Below, one piece after another: positions 1-10,730 of a stretch of DNA of 64,000 nt. Source of the DNA: a virus; IMG/VR virus record IMGVR_UViG_3300020442_000007, positions 1 through 64,000 of that record; one strand, written 5' to 3'. Each line of letters begins with the position of its first letter. Position 1 is the first letter of the stretch. Below the pieces are notes generated by a model. That model ran no database searches. It had not been told where the DNA came from and was given only the letters and a program-made list of their open reading frames with translations. The translations under genes and the position numbers were made by a program.

Positions 1-2
1 CA

Positions 3-779
3 GTAAACATACCCAATCTCAGTCTTTGGCTTGATCCAAGTGACACTTCAACAACAACTTACAGTGGCACAACCCTTTTATCAATCACAGACAAAACTGG
101 CACAGCAACAATGTCAGCCATTAATACGCCCGGTAAAGGCACGACTAATGGATTGGAACACGTAGTATTCGATCAATCACAGAATGAATACCTACAGTCG
201 GATACTACCGCACAAGTGGTTTCAGGCAATCACTGGGCATTGTTCATCGGACAGATAGCCACACCCAACAACACTAAAGATAGTATATGGAGTTTTGAAA
301 CAAATCAATCACCGAAAAGAGATTATGCTGTCAGTGCCAGTAGTTCAAGTGCTTTCGATGGTGAGTTGGATTTAGATGGTTTGAGTTCACAGAGGATCAG
401 CAGTAACGCAGGTAACTTGATAGAGTTTACTGCCCAGACACCTATTGCCTCATCAACCAATGTTATTGTAGTAACTTTCTTCAACAAGACAGGCAGTCAA
501 ATAGGTGTAAGAATAAACGGCACCAACGCATTTACTCCTGAAACAGACTATGACAACAACTTAAAAAACAACCAACTGTTGCGAATATTCCGTAACAGAG
601 GCAGTCAAACGTTTGGTGGCTCACTGTTTGAATTTTTGAGCGTGAAGGGATTACCAGGCACAGGCGGCACGGATATGACCTACATAGAACAAGCAGAAGG
701 ATATGTAGCACACAAATGGGGTGCGGAGTCGCTTTTACCCGTAAGTCACCCATACAAGAACACAGCACCAACAGGATAA
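3..779 (+). CDS. Tail-associated protein, C-terminal part (LamG/concanavalin-like domain); 5'-truncated by window edge
   Basis: Frame of ORF 111..779 is open back to position 3 and reads LSLWLDPSD...ITDKTG; ends IEQAEGYVAHKWG, typical of ConA/LamG-like phage tail domains. Confidence 0.6.
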   Translation, partial: VNIPNLSLWLDPSDTSTTTYSGTTLLSITDKTGTATMSAINTPGKGTTNGLEHVVFDQSQNEYLQSDTTAQVVSGNHWALFIGQIATPNNTKDSIWSFETNQSPKRDYAVSASSSSAFDGELDLDGLSSQRISSNAGNLIEFTAQTPIASSTNVIVVTFFNKTGSQIGVRINGTNAFTPETDYDNNLKNNQLLRIFRNRGSQTFGGSLFEFLSVKGLPGTGGTDMTYIEQAEGYVAHKWGAESLLPVSHPYKNTAPTG

Positions 780-801
780 ATAATACAAATAGGACAAAAA
801 A

Positions 802-3120
802 ATGGCGAATAGATTTCCAATAATACTTGATACAAATGATAACAACCGTCTAAAAGAATTGCCTAATGGTGATAGCATAGATTTAGCTAATGGTGGTATT
901 AGAAACGCAACTTTTGTAGAAACAACACAATTAATTTTAGCTGGAACTGCACTAACGCCATTTAGTGGTTCGTATAATGATTTAACAAGCAAACCAAATA
1001 TTCCATCGGATGTAAGTGAATTAACTGACACACAAAATTTACTTACTGGCACTAACTTTGCTAGTATTACTAACAAACCAACAACGCTTTCAGGTTATGG
1101 TATCACTGATGGATTTGATGGAAAGTATACAAGTTTAACTTTAATTCCAAATTTTGCTCCAGTTGCCACAGCAGGAACTTTTGATAGTTTAACAACAAAG
1201 CCTACAACCGTTGCAGGTTATGGAATATCTGATGCATTGAGTACAGCATCTAACATAGGAGATTTAGCTAACGTAAATAATGCAACTCCTACTGGTGGTC
1301 AACTACTAGGTTGGGATGATTCTAATAATTATTGGAAACCGATTACAGCAAGTGGTACTGGTACAGTAACGAGTATTACTGCTGGTACAGGACTAACTGG
1401 TGGAACTATTACAGGTGCAGGTACACTAAATGTAGACACAGGAACAGGCGCTAATCAAATTGTTCAATTAGACGCTAATGGTAAATTACCTAGCTTAGAT
1501 GGTATTGTTTTATACAATCTTAACATTACTTCATTAAACAATTCAGGCGATGTCACATACGCAAATCCACAAGTAGGACAAGTATTAAAATATGACGGGG
1601 CAAAATGGACCAATGCAAATGACACTGGTGGCGGCGGATCAATTACCTTTGTAGGTGATGATTCTTCAGGTACAACAGTTGACGGAAGCGAAACATTTAA
1701 AATAGCAGGCGGTGCTGGAATCACAACAGCAGTATCAGGAGATACACTAACAATTACAGCTAGTGGCATCACAGATATAGTTAACGATACCACTCCACAA
1801 CTAGGCGGTGACCTAGATGGGCAAGCATTTAATATTACCACTACTGGTAAAATTTTGTTTGCAAACATGTATAATAATCTAGTTGATTTACCAAATGCAA
1901 CAACATATCATGGTATGTTTGCACATGTACATGCAACAGGTAAAGCATATTTTGCTCATGGCGGTGTATGGCTACCTCTTGCTAATGAAAGTGCTCTAAG
2001 CGATTATCAAACCACAGCAGGTTTGAATACGGCTATCGACACACATATAAACACAAGCACGGCAAACACCGGTGAAGTATTAAGCTGGACCGGCACAGAT
2101 TATGATTGGGTTTCAAATGCAGGCGGCGGTGGCGGTGGATCTACTGGTAATTTTACGTTTGCTTCTAGTAACATAGACACAGACGATTCAAGTGGTATTA
2201 CAATAATTCCGTCATTAACAGTTCAATCTGATCTTACAGTAGAAAATGATTTGGTTGTTGCTAATACTATTACAGCAACAGAGTTTATAAGTACATCAGC
2301 AGGCTTACCAGAAATAAGATCAGCAACTAATTTAGATTTACATGCGGCCGGTGCAGTAGTTATAAAAAATGGTACTTTGAGACTTTATGGTGCAACGTCA
2401 ACAGTAAGAGATACATTATCAGCATCAGTAGGTGATGTGATATACAATACAAATGTAAATAAACCACAAGTTTACAACGGTAGCTCTTGGGTGAATCAGG
2501 CTTTGACTACAGATATTCCTACAGATACAAACCAACTTACTAACGGTGCAGGTTTTGCTACACTAAACAGTCCAACATTCACTGGTACAGTTAACGGAAT
2601 AACAGCATCAATGGTTGGCCTAGGCAATGTAACAAATGAATCCAAGACTTCTATGTTCACTGATCCTGCTTTTTCAGGAACAGTAACTGGTATTTCGAAA
2701 TCGATGGTTGGACTGAGTAATGTTGATAATCAATCCAAAGCTACAATGTTTACCGATCCAACATTCACTGGTACAATCGCAGGAACATTTGGAGGAGATA
2801 TACAACACACATTTACAGTAACTAATAACGGAGCAGCAGATTATGTTTTTGCCGCGGACAGTAAATTTTTTACAAGTAATAAAAATGATCCTATACTTTA
2901 TCTAAGAAGAGGGGAAAAGTATGTCTTCAACGTAAGTGCAAGTGGTCATCCATTTGAAATTAGAGTATCTAACGGAGGGTCTGCATATAATACAGGCGTT
3001 ACAAATAATACGCAGGCTGTAGGAACAATTACATTTGTAGTACCTATGGAAGCTCCAGCAACATTATATTATCAATGTACTGCACATTCAGGCATGGGTA
3101 ATACCATTAACATAGTTTAG
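802..3120 (+). CDS. Tail fibre/receptor-binding protein with C-terminal cupredoxin-like domain
   Basis: Thr/Gly-rich; KPTTLSGYGITD-type repeats, DTTPQLGGDLD, duplicated VGL(G/S)NVxN motif; C-terminal GHPF...YYQCTAHSGMG. Confidence 0.75.
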   Translation: MANRFPIILDTNDNNRLKELPNGDSIDLANGGIRNATFVETTQLILAGTALTPFSGSYNDLTSKPNIPSDVSELTDTQNLLTGTNFASITNKPTTLSGYGITDGFDGKYTSLTLIPNFAPVATAGTFDSLTTKPTTVAGYGISDALSTASNIGDLANVNNATPTGGQLLGWDDSNNYWKPITASGTGTVTSITAGTGLTGGTITGAGTLNVDTGTGANQIVQLDANGKLPSLDGIVLYNLNITSLNNSGDVTYANPQVGQVLKYDGAKWTNANDTGGGGSITFVGDDSSGTTVDGSETFKIAGGAGITTAVSGDTLTITASGITDIVNDTTPQLGGDLDGQAFNITTTGKILFANMYNNLVDLPNATTYHGMFAHVHATGKAYFAHGGVWLPLANESALSDYQTTAGLNTAIDTHINTSTANTGEVLSWTGTDYDWVSNAGGGGGGSTGNFTFASSNIDTDDSSGITIIPSLTVQSDLTVENDLVVANTITATEFISTSAGLPEIRSATNLDLHAAGAVVIKNGTLRLYGATSTVRDTLSASVGDVIYNTNVNKPQVYNGSSWVNQALTTDIPTDTNQLTNGAGFATLNSPTFTGTVNGITASMVGLGNVTNESKTSMFTDPAFSGTVTGISKSMVGLSNVDNQSKATMFTDPTFTGTIAGTFGGDIQHTFTVTNNGAADYVFAADSKFFTSNKNDPILYLRRGEKYVFNVSASGHPFEIRVSNGGSAYNTGVTNNTQAVGTITFVVPMEAPATLYYQCTAHSGMGNTINIV

Positions 3121-3129
3121 GAGATATAT

Positions 3130-3393
3130 ATGGCCGCGAACGGAATATCTACACTAGCTTTAAAAAGAACAAGACAAGATACAAAACTTGCTAAAGCTGA
3201 AGCTAAAAGGCAAGGTAAAGTTGTAGCTACAGATGGAACAATCTCTGGTTCAGCTGATCCTAGCAAACCTTACTACAGATCTGCAAACACTTTAGATGCA
3301 TCACTTCTTCCAACAAGGTACAACGCATCGAGTAACACAGGTGCCCTTGTAGATAATGCTGGTACTCTACAACAAGGTAGACCATGGACATAA
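3130..3393 (+). CDS. Small hypothetical (probably virion) protein
   Basis: 87-aa ORF, GGAG RBS, within structural operon. Confidence 0.6.
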   Translation: MAANGISTLALKRTRQDTKLAKAEAKRQGKVVATDGTISGSADPSKPYYRSANTLDASLLPTRYNASSNTGALVDNAGTLQQGRPWT

Positions 3394-3396
3394 TAG

Positions 3397-6162
3397 ATGG
3401 CAGAAAAAGAATACATTGTAAGTCTTAAAAGAGGTGTTGATTATGACGCCTTTAATACAGAAATGATTGCATCAACAGGTGCAGGTGACATTCCCAATAG
3501 AACAGTTACAGTAGAAAACGCAAGACCTTTAAGCCAGCGTAACACTCATTACATGCTTACTGATGAAGAAGCAGAAGCGTTAAAAAATGACAGTAGAGTG
3601 TATGGCGTGGAATTAAGACCAGAGGATAGAGACGATGTTGAAATAGGTTACGATGCACAGCAGTTTGGATCTTGGCGAAAGACTTCTGCAGATTCTCAAT
3701 ATGATTTGAATTGGGGTATGATGCGAGGTATACATCGAGACGATGTATGGGGTCCTAGTGTGATTGAGACCACACTACCTTTCAACTACAATCTTACTGG
3801 TAAAGGTGTTGATGTTGTTATTCAAGATACAGGTATTGACGTTGGCCATATAGAATTTACAGACAGTAACGGTGTATCAAGAGTTCAACAAATAGACTGG
3901 TTTACAGAAAGTGGTGTATCAGGAACACAGAGTGCAAATCATTATCGAGACTATGATGGTCATGGAAGTCATGTTGCAGGCACAGTTGCAGGTCGCACAA
4001 TGGGTTGGGCAAAAGACGCAAGAATATATGCTCTTAAAGTTTCAGGCTTAGAAGGAAGCGGTGACAGTGGTACAGGTATAAGTGTATCAAACTGTTTTGA
4101 TGTGATAAAAGGTTGGCATAACAATAAACCTATAGATCCTAACACAGGATACAAAAGGCCAACAGTTGTAAATATGAGCTGGGGTTATGGATATTCAACA
4201 AGTTCAACGCCATCTGGAGGATTCTACAGAGGAGCATCATGGTCATACGGAGACTCTGGTTATGCAAGTGATTCACAGATGTGGCAATCAGCAGGTATAG
4301 TGCAAAAGGTTAACGGCAAATATAGACTTAACTCAAGACTCTCAAGTGTTGATACAGATGTTCAAGAAATGCTTGATGCAGGCATACATATTTGTATAGC
4401 ATCAGGTAATAGTTATTACTATATAGATAATGCAAACGGTCAAGATTATAATAACTACGTAACATTCTTTGGAAGTGACAGATATTATCATCGTGGGTCT
4501 AGTCCGTTTGATGAAGAAGCATTTATAGTAGGTAATATGGATCTTGACTATACAGGAAATTTAGAAAACAAAGCTGGAAGCAGTTGTTGTGGCCCAGGTG
4601 TTAATATATACGCTCCTGGTACACAAATAATGAGTGCTAGTTCAAATGATAACCCAAGTGGTACAAACGACCTAGCGGCTTTTTATGGAAACAGGCAAAA
4701 TCATTTGCTTGATGCTACTCAATACATTTTTAAAATATCTGGTACAAGTATGGCTTCTCCTAATGTAGCTGGATTATTAGCTACTGCTCTAGAACAAAAT
4801 CCACAATGGACACCTGCTGAAGCTAAAAAATGGGTAGAAAATAATTCTACAAAAAACAAATTAAATAACGGTACCAAAGACGATTGGGATGATACCGATA
4901 GTATACACCTTACAGGAAACTCGGTTAATTATTCATCTGGATCTGTAACAACAATTAATGACCGTCCACCTTTTGCAAAAGAATTAAATGTGAGAGGTAT
5001 TAAACTTTTAGGACATGGGGCCTATGATGTAGCATCTCAAGGTATTAGTGATACATTTATGGAAAAAACAGCAAGGACAATAGAATTAATGTTAGACCCT
5101 GAATCAGCAGGCATTGACAAATCTAAACAAATGATTGTAATAGATGCCATGGCTGATGAAACTCTAGGCGATAACACATGGGGTAAAGGCCCTGTGGCTC
5201 AGAGAATTGGTTACATAAATGGTGATCAATACACTAGATCTATATTGAACAATCCTGAAAATTATTATCCAGGCTATAATGAGACATCATATTCTTATAG
5301 AGCAGTTGACTATGTTTGGGAATACCCTGATAATAATTCTAATGGAGCTGGTGTAGAAAATTGGAATGGATACACAGTTGGTGGACAAGTTACAGAAGTA
5401 ATTGAACACGTATTGCATACAATTTGCCAATACGGATTACCATATGCTTATCCTTATGAATTAAATATTCTAAATGGACAGATAGGAAGTCCGTTAATGA
5501 CTGCAATGCAAGAAGCTATAGACAACAATGTATTTGATGTATCGTCATATTCAGGATTGTATACACCAGATTCACAACCAGATTTAGATGAACTAATGGA
5601 TGGTATGCAAGCCGCGTCTAGCGGTACCTCACACAAATATAAGGAATATCTAAATGAAGTTGTTAGTGGACGCAAGAGAGGTGATATTAATAATGATGGG
5701 GATATTGATATCGACGATGTTATGGGATTCCTATCATTTAAAAATGGAAACCCAAATGCTTACATTACGGATACCATTATTACACCATTAACATATAATG
5801 GATATTATGCCGCTATTGCAAGAGAATATTCGTACTTGTTAATTTTTGCAATGTGGGAATATATTACAGTTTATATTTCAGGAGGAAGTTTATCACCAGA
5901 ATGGAATGACAATTCAAGAACACAAGCAGGCGTACTAGCAAATAATCCATTAGGATATGCATTGTATAACAATTTTATCAGTAAAATAATTTCAAAGCCA
6001 ACACAAGCCACATTAGATGCAATGTTTGCTGTTAGTGGTCCTTCAGGATATATTCCCGTACAAAATACAAACAGAGTTTTATATACACCATTTAATCAAA
6101 AGGACACTTTAACAGTAGGCAATTTTACAGGTGCTGGTACGGTTAGTGTAGGAAACAAATAA
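3397..6162 (+). CDS. Subtilisin-like S8 serine protease, probably virion-associated, with inserted zincin-like and EF-hand/dockerin-like modules
   Basis: Catalytic triad motifs IQDTG, HGSHVAGT, GTSMASP; later EHVLH and GDINNDGDIDIDD. Confidence 0.85.
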   Translation: MAEKEYIVSLKRGVDYDAFNTEMIASTGAGDIPNRTVTVENARPLSQRNTHYMLTDEEAEALKNDSRVYGVELRPEDRDDVEIGYDAQQFGSWRKTSADSQYDLNWGMMRGIHRDDVWGPSVIETTLPFNYNLTGKGVDVVIQDTGIDVGHIEFTDSNGVSRVQQIDWFTESGVSGTQSANHYRDYDGHGSHVAGTVAGRTMGWAKDARIYALKVSGLEGSGDSGTGISVSNCFDVIKGWHNNKPIDPNTGYKRPTVVNMSWGYGYSTSSTPSGGFYRGASWSYGDSGYASDSQMWQSAGIVQKVNGKYRLNSRLSSVDTDVQEMLDAGIHICIASGNSYYYIDNANGQDYNNYVTFFGSDRYYHRGSSPFDEEAFIVGNMDLDYTGNLENKAGSSCCGPGVNIYAPGTQIMSASSNDNPSGTNDLAAFYGNRQNHLLDATQYIFKISGTSMASPNVAGLLATALEQNPQWTPAEAKKWVENNSTKNKLNNGTKDDWDDTDSIHLTGNSVNYSSGSVTTINDRPPFAKELNVRGIKLLGHGAYDVASQGISDTFMEKTARTIELMLDPESAGIDKSKQMIVIDAMADETLGDNTWGKGPVAQRIGYINGDQYTRSILNNPENYYPGYNETSYSYRAVDYVWEYPDNNSNGAGVENWNGYTVGGQVTEVIEHVLHTICQYGLPYAYPYELNILNGQIGSPLMTAMQEAIDNNVFDVSSYSGLYTPDSQPDLDELMDGMQAASSGTSHKYKEYLNEVVSGRKRGDINNDGDIDIDDVMGFLSFKNGNPNAYITDTIITPLTYNGYYAAIAREYSYLLIFAMWEYITVYISGGSLSPEWNDNSRTQAGVLANNPLGYALYNNFISKIISKPTQATLDAMFAVSGPSGYIPVQNTNRVLYTPFNQKDTLTVGNFTGAGTVSVGNK

Positions 6163-6182
6163 ATACATAGTAAGGAATTAAT

Positions 6183-6893
6183 ATGCCAGTAAAAAAAATT
6201 AATATAGGACAATTAGCAAATGACGGTACAGGTGATGATATTAGAACCGCATTTGATAAAGTCAATGATAATTTTGAAGATTTAAATACTAGATTTCCTG
6301 AAGCCGCAAGTGGAGAAAATTTAGGGCCTACTGGTGAAGGAATTTTCGAAAGTTCTACTAATTCTAAACTAAGTTTTAAGAAAATTATAGGCGGCGATAA
6401 TATTACTTTAACTTCAACTGTCACTGGCATAACGATAACTGCTCCTCACAGTTTAGATCAATTGATAGCAGTTTCAGATAACGGAACTGTTACAGTCCAG
6501 CGTGGGCAGACTATGTCAATACAAGGTGGCACAGGAATAACAACATCTGTTAGTGGACAAAATTTAATAATATCAACTTCAAATGGTGCTTTATCAGGTG
6601 ATGGTTCTCCTGCGTTGTCAGCACAATTAAATGCAAATAATAATGATATTATTAATGGTGGCACAATTACAGCCAGCCAATTTAACGGTCCTATCGACGG
6701 ACTGGTATATGGAATAGACGTTAGGAACTTACAGGCAGCGGCTGGCGAAAATTCATTTGATTTTGGCAGGCTAAGCCAGCAGTATACAAATTTATTGGAT
6801 TTTCTACAAAGAGAAACAGACGTAGATTTTGGAAAATTCATTAATCCCGGTGTTTCAAGTGCAATAGTAGACTTAGGTTCAATAGCATCATAA
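6183..6893 (+). CDS. Baseplate/tail fibre connector protein (T4 gp9/gp10-like N-terminus)
   Basis: INIGQLANDGTGDDIRTAFDKVNDNF motif. Confidence 0.7.
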   Translation: MPVKKINIGQLANDGTGDDIRTAFDKVNDNFEDLNTRFPEAASGENLGPTGEGIFESSTNSKLSFKKIIGGDNITLTSTVTGITITAPHSLDQLIAVSDNGTVTVQRGQTMSIQGGTGITTSVSGQNLIISTSNGALSGDGSPALSAQLNANNNDIINGGTITASQFNGPIDGLVYGIDVRNLQAAAGENSFDFGRLSQQYTNLLDFLQRETDVDFGKFINPGVSSAIVDLGSIAS

Positions 6894-6926
6894 ATTCCGA
6901 TAAATACTTAAAAGTAAGGAATTAGT

Positions 6927-9900
6927 ATGGCAGTTTTTTGGACACAATTTTCTGGACAAACATTACAAACATTAACTGAGGGTGTATCTACGACTGTAGA
7001 TTTGCCATTAGATTTAAGTGTAGTCTCTGATGATTCAACACTATATACTGTCACACACATTAGCGGTGACCTTCCTTTAGGTATGGTCCTGCAAGATAAT
7101 GCCATTACAGGAACCCCTAGAGAAGTAGCACGAGATACTGAGTATAAATTTGTTTTAAGAGCAGAGTATAACAATCAAATAAGCGACAGGACTTATATTA
7201 TAAAAGTTGTTGGTCCTGATACACCTACTTGGAAAACAGCAGAAGGGTTATTGCCAGTTGGTCAAAATGATATGTTCTTCATATTGGATAATACTCCAAT
7301 TGATTTTCAACTTGTAGCAGAGGATTCTGATACAGCGGCAGGACAAAAACTTGAGTATTTTATAGGTTCAGGAGATGGAGAGTTACCACCTGGCATTACA
7401 TTGACTACAGATGGAAAACTTGTAGGTATAGTTGATCCTATTTTAGCTATTGAAAAAAGATTAGACTCAGGTAATTACGATGGTATACAATATGATACTG
7501 TAGGATATGATTTTGGTGTAAGAAGTAATAATGGTTTTGATAGTTTCTTTTATGATACTACAATTTATGATTTAGCTGTCCCAACAAGATCGCCTAGAAA
7601 ATTAAATAGAAATTATGAATTTGTTGTATCAGTCAACGACGGCGATACTATTGCAAGAAGAAAATTTAAAATATTTGTTGTAGGAGATGACTTTGTTAGA
7701 TCTGATAATACTATCATGCAAGTTGACACTGGTGTATTTACAGCAGATAACACTCATATTAGAGTTCCATTATGGTTAACTCCAAGAAATTTTGGCTACC
7801 GTAGAGCAAATAATTATGTTACACTTTTCCTAGATGTGCTTGATACAAATGAATTGTTAGGTGTAATTACCTATACTCTACAAGAAGTTAATGACGACGG
7901 TAGCACAAGCACACTTCCGGAGGGTTTATACTTAGATGGTACAACTGGAGAAATTGCTGGTAGAGTACCTTATCAACCTAATGTAACTAAAGAATACAAA
8001 TTTACAGTCAAAGCAAGTAGATTTGGTCCGGCAACGAATAAACAATATGTAAACTTATCTGTTTTTGAAGATACAGCATTAGGATCAAGCACATTAAAGA
8101 TTGTAAAGAATCAAGATATTTCATTGTTAGTAGGTCGTCAGATAGAAATAGATGAACGTTCTTTTACTATTACAAAAGTAGATACAACTAATGCAGATTA
8201 TGATATTATCCATCTAGGACAAAATATAACGGTTACTGTCCATGAAAATGCCTTACCTAATCAAAAAGAAATTTCAATTACTAAATTAGGTGACCCCTAT
8301 CTATCAAATATAATTGGAAAGCAACTGACCTTTGGTGACTTTAATTATACTGTTGATACTGTAGATTTAAATGAAAAAGTCTATAGATGTAAAATAAATC
8401 ATACATCAAGTACTTTTGCTTCTGACTTTAACAAGGTGCGTTGGGAAGAAGTAGTAGGAGCATCAACGACAGGAATCACTTCTTGGAACACTGAAGAAGA
8501 TTACGTAGTAGATCAACAAGTTAAATTTAATAATACAAACTTTGAAAAAATCACTGTGACAACAGATATCGCTACTACAGTTTATGCTGGAGCATTAACT
8601 CCTATAGAACTTATCCCTTTATATACTACACGTATTGTAAAGAAGGGTGAACCTTTTGAATTTAATTTATACAATGCATTAGAAAATGAAAAAGCAGAAG
8701 CTAACAAAACGTTCACCGTAAGCACATTAGGTGAAGTTGATTCAACTATCACTTGGAATACCCCTGCTACATTTGAAAGCATAAGTGCAAATTACATTTC
8801 TAATTTATCTGTCGTGGCGTCAAGTAATGTACCAAATGCAAAATTAATTTACACATTATCTAAAGGTAAGTTACCGCCAGGACTCAATCTTTTACTAGAT
8901 GGTTCTATATCCGGAAAAATCACAACATTTGGTAGCAATGCACTTACACAATTTGATAAAGGTTCTTTTATCTTAGATGGTAATACTTCTACGATTGATA
9001 GAAAATTTATTTTTGAAGTGTCAGTCCAAGACCAATTTAAGTATAGTGTTACTAAAAAAGAATTTAACATAACTGTAGGCGATCCAGATAATAAAACATA
9101 TAGTAACATATTTGCTAGACCAATGTTAAAACAATCACAGAGAACATTATTCAATACCTTCATAAGTGATACAGAAATATTTAATCCAGAATATATTTAT
9201 AGACCCGATGATCCAAACTTCGGAATACAAAAGAAAATAAACATGCTTGTATATTCTGGAATAGAAACAAAAACTGTAGACCACTACATGGCCGCAATAG
9301 CAAAAAACCATAAACGTAAAAGTTTTAAATTAGGAGAAGTAAAAACAGCAGTAGCTAAACTTCCTGGGACACAAAATATTGTATATGAAGTAGTGTATCT
9401 AGAAGTCTTAGACCCATATCTTCCTGCAAAAGGTAACGTAAAAAAACATATAAAAATAGATAATAAAACAAAAATTTTAGCAAGTGAATCACAATTTGGA
9501 GATAAACCTGCACCATTTATCAGTTTTAGTTTACAATCAAGAACATTAGGAGACAGCACAGAGGGCGTAGTCAATGTTGTTCCTAGCCAAGGAAATATAA
9601 GTGTTTTACAAAGATCAGGAGTTGAAGTTAATGCAGGACAAAATAACGAAATATTTGTAGGTTTACGTGACTTATCAACAGTAACATTTCCAGCAACTAT
9701 AAGTTCATACATAGCAGACGAAACTGCAACAAGTCCTTGGTATTTAGAATCAGTTAACACTAATACCATTAAAGTAGACACAAATGCTATTGGCGCTGAT
9801 CAAAGAAATGATACTAAAAAATATATATCAAATATAAAAAACATGAGAGATAATATTGCAGAAAGTGGTTCAACTGTACGGAACTTTTTACCTCTTTGGA

Positions 9901-10127
9901 TGCGTACAGCTCAAGAAGGTCAATTACAAGAATTAGGGTATGTAGCGGCAATTCCTTTGTGTTACACTATTAAAGGGAAAAGCAAAATCATAAAAAATGC
10001 AATAGATTTCCAAAATTTTAACTTTACACAGCTAGATTTTGATATAGATCGCTATATTATAGATAATACAACAGGAAATACAAATGAGCAATATTTACTA
10101 TTCGCGAATTATCAGTTTAACATATAA
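6927..10127 (+). CDS. Large baseplate/tail structural protein with putative Ig-like repeats
   Basis: Repeated G(D/E/K)LP(P/L)G-x-x-L...G-x-I-x-G motifs; structural context; upstream TAAATA box. Confidence 0.65.
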   Translation: MAVFWTQFSGQTLQTLTEGVSTTVDLPLDLSVVSDDSTLYTVTHISGDLPLGMVLQDNAITGTPREVARDTEYKFVLRAEYNNQISDRTYIIKVVGPDTPTWKTAEGLLPVGQNDMFFILDNTPIDFQLVAEDSDTAAGQKLEYFIGSGDGELPPGITLTTDGKLVGIVDPILAIEKRLDSGNYDGIQYDTVGYDFGVRSNNGFDSFFYDTTIYDLAVPTRSPRKLNRNYEFVVSVNDGDTIARRKFKIFVVGDDFVRSDNTIMQVDTGVFTADNTHIRVPLWLTPRNFGYRRANNYVTLFLDVLDTNELLGVITYTLQEVNDDGSTSTLPEGLYLDGTTGEIAGRVPYQPNVTKEYKFTVKASRFGPATNKQYVNLSVFEDTALGSSTLKIVKNQDISLLVGRQIEIDERSFTITKVDTTNADYDIIHLGQNITVTVHENALPNQKEISITKLGDPYLSNIIGKQLTFGDFNYTVDTVDLNEKVYRCKINHTSSTFASDFNKVRWEEVVGASTTGITSWNTEEDYVVDQQVKFNNTNFEKITVTTDIATTVYAGALTPIELIPLYTTRIVKKGEPFEFNLYNALENEKAEANKTFTVSTLGEVDSTITWNTPATFESISANYISNLSVVASSNVPNAKLIYTLSKGKLPPGLNLLLDGSISGKITTFGSNALTQFDKGSFILDGNTSTIDRKFIFEVSVQDQFKYSVTKKEFNITVGDPDNKTYSNIFARPMLKQSQRTLFNTFISDTEIFNPEYIYRPDDPNFGIQKKINMLVYSGIETKTVDHYMAAIAKNHKRKSFKLGEVKTAVAKLPGTQNIVYEVVYLEVLDPYLPAKGNVKKHIKIDNKTKILASESQFGDKPAPFISFSLQSRTLGDSTEGVVNVVPSQGNISVLQRSGVEVNAGQNNEIFVGLRDLSTVTFPATISSYIADETATSPWYLESVNTNTIKVDTNAIGADQRNDTKKYISNIKNMRDNIAESGSTVRNFLPLWMRTAQEGQLQELGYVAAIPLCYTIKGKSKIIKNAIDFQNFNFTQLDFDIDRYIIDNTTGNTNEQYLLFANYQFNI

Positions 10128-10133
10128 AAGCAA

Positions 10134-10150
10134 TAAATACTATATAAATA
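10134..10150 (+). promoter_or_regulatory. T4-like late promoter (TAAATA plus full TATAAATA); same box at 777, 6160, 6901, 15743, 20361, 28412, 37476, 39093, 58446, 62040
   Basis: Hexamer recurs in short intergenic gaps 10-40 bp upstream of starts of mostly structural genes. Confidence 0.7.
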
Positions 10151-10169
10151 AAGATAGGAGAGATCATTA

Positions 10170-10730
10170 ATGGCTAGTAACATACTTACAAGTGATATAG
10201 ATGAATTATATCCAGTCGCCGGCGCTGATAACGATAGTCAGGGATTTAGAGATAACTTCCGTCTAGTTAAAACAGGATTAGCAACAGCGGCTACAGAAAT
10301 AACCGCTTTGCAAACTACTACCGCAAAGTTAAACGGAAGTAACGACTTCAACGGGAACGTTATAAGAGAAGCAAACTTTATTGCTAACTCTGAAGAAGTA
10401 TATGTTACAGACGAAATTGTAGCAAGTCAAAATATAAGATTTGTTAACGGAAATTACCAAATTATTACAGTTGGTGCTGATGTAACATTGACATTGACAG
10501 ATTGGCCTGCAACAGGAAAATTAGGTAAAATACGTTGTGCAGTAAAAGGTGATGGAACTTCAAGATTAGTTGAATTTTCCGCAGGTCCTAATAACGTGTT
10601 TAAAAAAGACTCAAACTGGCCTGCAAGTTTTCTAGCTGTTAGTACTACAGATCCAATTTTTATTGACTTATGGTCAAGCGATGGTGGATTAACTGTATAC
10701 GGACAGTACCATGGGCAATTTACCTCTTAA
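10170..10730 (+). CDS. Putative tail/baseplate structural protein
   Basis: YPVAGADNDSQGFRDNF N-terminal motif followed by a coiled coil; late promoter upstream. Confidence 0.55.
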   Translation: MASNILTSDIDELYPVAGADNDSQGFRDNFRLVKTGLATAATEITALQTTTAKLNGSNDFNGNVIREANFIANSEEVYVTDEIVASQNIRFVNGNYQIITVGADVTLTLTDWPATGKLGKIRCAVKGDGTSRLVEFSAGPNNVFKKDSNWPASFLAVSTTDPIFIDLWSSDGGLTVYGQYHGQFTS

